This document shows positions 59,801-64,000 of a stretch of 64,000 nt of DNA, one piece after another (the stretch's first letter is position 1; each line of letters opens with the position of its first letter). The DNA comes from Albugo candida (Eukaryota). A program made the position numbers and the translations under genes. The DNA lies in assembly GCA_040437565.1 (NCBI GenBank), contig JBDOQK010000050.1, forward strand, positions 124,001 through 188,000, read 5' to 3'. Under the pieces are notes generated by a model. The model had not been told where the DNA came from, did not search any database, and was given only the letters and a program-made list of their open reading frames with translations.

Positions 59801-61132
59801 TGAACATCCATCACGAGTTACACATCTTCTCACCGTTTGGATTTATAAAATATATCCGATGCCCGAGATATTGTTGGGCGGACTGACATGATGCAAATTG
59901 ATAGCAAGATACACCGGACACGTTCTATGTAGCAGCAAGAGATATCTTTTGATGATGTAGCAGTATGGTTGCATTTAACAATGAGTGTTCGGCCAACCGT
60001 TTTCATAAAATGTGTGATGTTTGCTTGCAACCTTCTGCCGTTGTCGTGAAAAATCACATCCATTCGTCCAGACTGGTAGAACATCGTGTTTGTGTACATG
60101 GGAAGCATGCAGTCAATCGCCCAGATGTAATTCAAATATGATACCGTCACATGCGTGGATTTGCGTCATAAAGCACAACGAAGAGCTTATCACAGCGCTC
60201 CAGATCACGGGTGATTGTTACTTCTGTGTCATCATCAAATGATGAGAAACGTCGAAAGTAGAACAAGCAGTAATCGCTCAGCTTGAGCAAGAGATGCGTA
60301 TCTATTAGCGAGACAAAGCTATAACTCTCTCGTATTCGATTAATCAAATCTGTGTGCTTTGTCTTAATCGCCTACCCCGATACACCTATGATGTCATTAT
60401 TGTCAGCATTCACAGGAACACACTTCGTTCAACTTCTACCAGCAAGCAGAACAACTTCAACATTGCGATTGTACAGATAAAGATGATTCGGCACCAATCA
60501 ACATCCAGTACACTCAATGCGATAAAAGTCGCAATGAATGGTGTGATACGCTGTTTATGTGATTGAATATTCTGGTTGTACTGAAATAAGTAGCCCTCTT
60601 AGTTGATTCAAATGCGTTGACTATCATCTAAAGGATTCGTAAAACCACCTGTGCAAGTTGATAATATGGCTTCCTGTTAGCAGTCTTCTATTGTGGTCGC
60701 CTCACTCCATGACAACACGATACTACGCAGAACTGTATCAGTGGCCAAGAGTCCCGTGTAACTCGATTGGTGATTTCCACACTAGGCTATATATCGCCAT
60801 TCAACTAGGAGTAAGGTCGGAGGTGGGACTCAAGTTCCTGATAAGTGGAATTCATTTTCTAAATTATTAATTTAGAATGCATCGCTTACACGGCTGATGT
60901 TGAGGACATCAAAACCCAATATATTTCTTTTCTATTTACGCAGGTCAATCTTCAAACGACCTTTCATAAATGATAGCTAACAAGTGATAGACGTTACTTG
61001 ATTCAAATTCTTTTCTCATCAAAAAAGTTGCCAGTAAGACGCACGTGCTTGAAGAAACGATGCATCCGCGCAACGATTGGACGGCTATGATATAGAATCC
61101 TAAAGTACTACATATCGTATGTCTGCATCTTT

Positions 61133-61148
61133 GCTCATTCAAGAATTT
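61133..61148 (+). promoter_or_regulatory. INR/FPR core promoter of CCG paralogue B (equivalent at 62793)
   Basis: GCTCATTCAAGAATTT lies 21 bp before ATG 61154. GCTCATTCGAGGATTT lies 21 bp before ATG 62814. Confidence 0.7.
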
Positions 61149-61153
61149 GCACG

Positions 61154-62035
61154 ATGCGATCGCTACGACCAGTGAGCATGGTCGCATGGGTTTTCGCATN
61201 NNNNNNNNNNNNNNNNNNNNNNNNNNNNNNNNNNNNNNNNNNNNNNNNNNNNNNNNNNNNNNNNNNNNNNNNNNNNNNNNNNNNNNNNNNNNNNNNNNNC
61301 TGTTGATATGCCAGAGCTGAGCAGGAAGAATGATGATACGGTTGATGGTGCCGCGTGTGTTTTAGCATATTCTAAGTTTGAGATCGAGGAGTGCCGCGAC
61401 TGCCTCGATTCGTAATTCGAAAAAGAGAAGCAGAAGGCAAGAAAGCTCAGTGGAATAGCTGCCATGATTCGTATATTCGCCAAAAAGAGAGCAGACTTTC
61501 AAGCTGCCTGAAAAGAAAATCGAGAGCTTGCTCTCAATTTTTGTTTCTCCCCCCTCAAGTATGTGACGACAAAGTGCTGTATCCAACAATTTCAACACTT
61601 GTCAGTGGAGACACAACGGGTGCTTATAGTGGTGAAAAATTGTCTCAACCAAGAGAAGAATTGGTTTCGTCGTCACTATTGACAGACTCTAGTCGAATCG
61701 TCACTATTGTGACGGCTAGATTTGAAGGAAGAGGATGCTTGGCATGTTTGCTTCTGGTGCATGAGATACTGCTGGTATCAGTTGAAGATAACAATGTTTG
61801 GATGGTGGAACGAAAGAAAGATTCCCCGGTGTGCGACTGTAAGTGGGAAGAAACAGGGAGAAGAATACAGCACTTCAGAATGAATCCATTGCGACCGATA
61901 CCATTTCGTCAGGCAGGATGTGCCATCTATATTCCCAGTAGCTCCCGCGAGAAGGACGAAGCTGATACGGACACATACGAACAGTACCTCCCCTTGAAAA
62001 TCAGTCAGAATTGCAGAAAAAGAAAGAGGGCTTGA
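61154..62035 (+). pseudogene. CCG effector paralogue B; middle hidden in the gap, with a stop and frameshift in the 3' part
   Basis: MRSLRPVSMVAWVFA, then the gap, then SVDMPELSRKNDDTVDGAACVLAYSKFEIEECRDCLDS*FEKE (TAA at 61413-61415). A 1-nt deletion near 61494 precedes ACSQFLFL...GCLACLLLVHE...RIQHFRMNPLRPIP, homologous to paralogue A. Confidence 0.8.
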
Positions 62036-62813
62036 ATAACATGTATAGATCGTTCTCCTCAATCAGGAGAATCTCTTCCTGCGAGACGCAGAACATCTTC
62101 TCGCATTAATACTTTTCGCTTCAGTATGTTTACTAGCGTCGTAGGAAGCGATTATGCGAGCACAAAAGCACTGTTTGAATCAAGTAAAGATGACAATGTA
62201 TTAACCTACTGATGCCCGCAATGCTTCGCGCATTACGAAAGCGCGCGCCAATGACAAACAGACGAATTTCTCACTGCTCTCTAGCAAACTACAGCGCCCA
62301 ACACCATTTCAACATACCTGCCCGTAGAGTGAATTCGTATTGCTAACAAGATCGTCCTGCTCCATACGCTACAAGCTATACGCTGAACTCGTAGCGATAT
62401 TTAAACGGTGAGGAAATGGAAATGTTCTTTCTCAACCTCGCAGCTTTCTGTGAAGTGATTTTGTCCGATTTGTCTCCTTGTGTCAGGCACTTGCTACCGG
62501 TTGCACTCAAAGGAAGACGCGTGATGTGGCGGCGCCAGAAAGAGCTCAGTTGAAGGTGTCTATATTACTAGAATTAGACAAACTGACTTCTCTAGTTGCC
62601 TAGGCTATNNNNNNNNNNNNNNNNNNNNNNNNNNNNNNNNNNNNNNNNNNNNNNNNNNNNNNNNNNNNNNNNNNNNNNNNNNNNNNNNNNNNNNNNNNNN
62701 NNNNNNNNTTGAAGAAACAATGCATCCGCGCAACGATTGGACAGCTATAAAATCGAATCTAAAAGTACTACATTTCGTATTTCTACATCTTTGCTCATTC
62801 GAGGATTTGCACC

Positions 62814-64000
62814 ATGCCACCGCTACGACCAGTGAGCATAGTCGCATGGGTTTTCGCATGTCATCTGCGGCCATGTTTTGGTCAGTTGTATCAAAAAGAA
62901 TACACGATATCCGCTCATAAAAGTCTGATGGGGAAGAGAGCATTAGAAATAAATTATTTCATCTGCCAGAAATGCATGATAGATGCTGCTGGAGTGGCTG
63001 GCATATGGATGACTCATTTCAGTGACCGTCGGAACTTGGCAGCATTTTCCATCACTGGTACGCTACGCAGCTTCGGACGGGTACACACGTATTGCGAGGC
63101 TTATTGCGATGGTCTGCAAGAGTTACCACCTTCTCCCGGAATGTCTACCTCTGACGAAAATTTGAATCGGCAAGAGCAAAATGCAAATTTAAGAGCAAGC
63201 GACCAATCGAATGGTCGTCTTTTGTGTCTTGCTCAGCCTCAGTGGAGTGTTTCGCTTTCGTGCAGAACTTGTCTGAAAGAAACGAGTGAATCCGTCAGCT
63301 TCGGTGAATTCTATGTCGTGGCAGGAAAAGACATCCGATACGTCGTTTATGTACTGCACTCTGTGAGGACACGAAAACAAGTTTACGAACCTTGCATAAC
63401 ATTTGGACACTGCGCTGCCTTTAATGAAGAAATATATAGTGAAAAGGTATGCGAGCGAGTTCATGGTTCTCAAGCCTTATGGTACACTGAACCGATAAAG
63501 TCGCTCGAGAAAGCGATTGCCAGTATGAAAGTGTCAAATGATGGACAAATTGAAGAAAGCCCAAATGGACCCGAGTCATATACGCACTTCCAATGCTTCA
63601 AGACGACAAAGCGAACTGACCTACGAAAGTTGCATCAGCTGATCTTAAATTGCATGGAATGCTTGACAAAAAATTTTTTTTGGATTAGTGCATTGTATGA
63701 CACCTGGCTCTACTCGTGATCCAGATGCTCTATTTTTGATCTACTTCCATGAAGAAATGTCGGTAGAGGTATCGTCTTCGCAAATTTGCCGCAATAAATG
63801 TCCAGACTTTGAGCCTGTCGAAACGGAAGAATGCTACAAGAAATATCACTTCGGTTTTGATTGGTCACCAGCTGAAAATCAAATGTCTGTCAATGTGCCT
63901 GAGTTGAGCAGGAAGAATGATCATACGGTAGATGGTACTTTGTGTGTTTTAGCATATTCTAACACCGACATCGGAGCGTGCGGCGCATGCCTCAATTCGC
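62814..64000 (+). CDS. CCG effector paralogue C, runs off the window end; +1 frameshift in an A6T8 homopolymer at 63668-63681
   Basis: Signal-peptide-like MPPLRPVSIVAWVFACHLRPCFG, then ICQKCMIDAAG (CxxCxxxxxG). Homology to paralogue A continues without stops in a shifted frame: GLVHCMTPGSTRDPDA...ECYKKYHFGFDWSPAENQMSV...CGACLNS. Confidence 0.82.

Larger units (their letters stand above)
58560..62550. repeat. Right arm of a diverged inverted duplication (partner ~42150-46210)
   Basis: For example, cattcgtccagactggtagaacatcgtgtttgtgtacatgggaagcatgcagtcaatcgcccagatgtaa (60061) is the near reverse complement of 45181-45250. Confidence 0.8.

Noticed and set aside
60805-60855. tRNA-Leu(CAA)-like anticodon arm gggactcaagttcct
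   Set aside because: No T-arm GTTCRA, D-arm or acceptor stem.

Overview
This is a eukaryotic (oomycete) draft scaffold with short GT-AG introns, 17 spacer gaps of 100 N, and TCATTYY-type core promoters. CxxCxxxxxG (CCG) secreted proteins and very compact gene packing point to the white-rust genus Albugo (inference, not a database result). It has three compartments. (1) 1-26.5 kb is a gene-sparse tandem array of an unrecognised secreted-protein family: four open copies, one pseudogene and the 3' flank of a sixth copy. The copies share an ~105-aa N-terminal module (signal peptide, xxLRV, SSQN, CxxC, SGRxLG) joined to hypervariable, disordered-looking C-termini. Two copies carry an LxLFPTxP motif resembling the plant WUS-box/TOPLESS-recruiting motif. 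(2) 27-41.7 kb is a dense housekeeping block: Tul1/FLY1-like RING ligase, RPS23, ERCC8, tetraspanin-like, WDR12/YTM1, SNX1/VPS5 and a CUE-Smr protein, plus an orphan secreted gene and a bacterial-looking small protein. (3) 42-64 kb holds three CCG effector paralogues, each disrupted as assembled. Two lie in an ~4-kb inverted duplication bracketing PH-domain, CFAP99-like and NOA1-like genes. Many apparent local duplications are unmerged overlaps across N gaps. No rRNA, tRNA, CRISPR or intact transposon could be supported.
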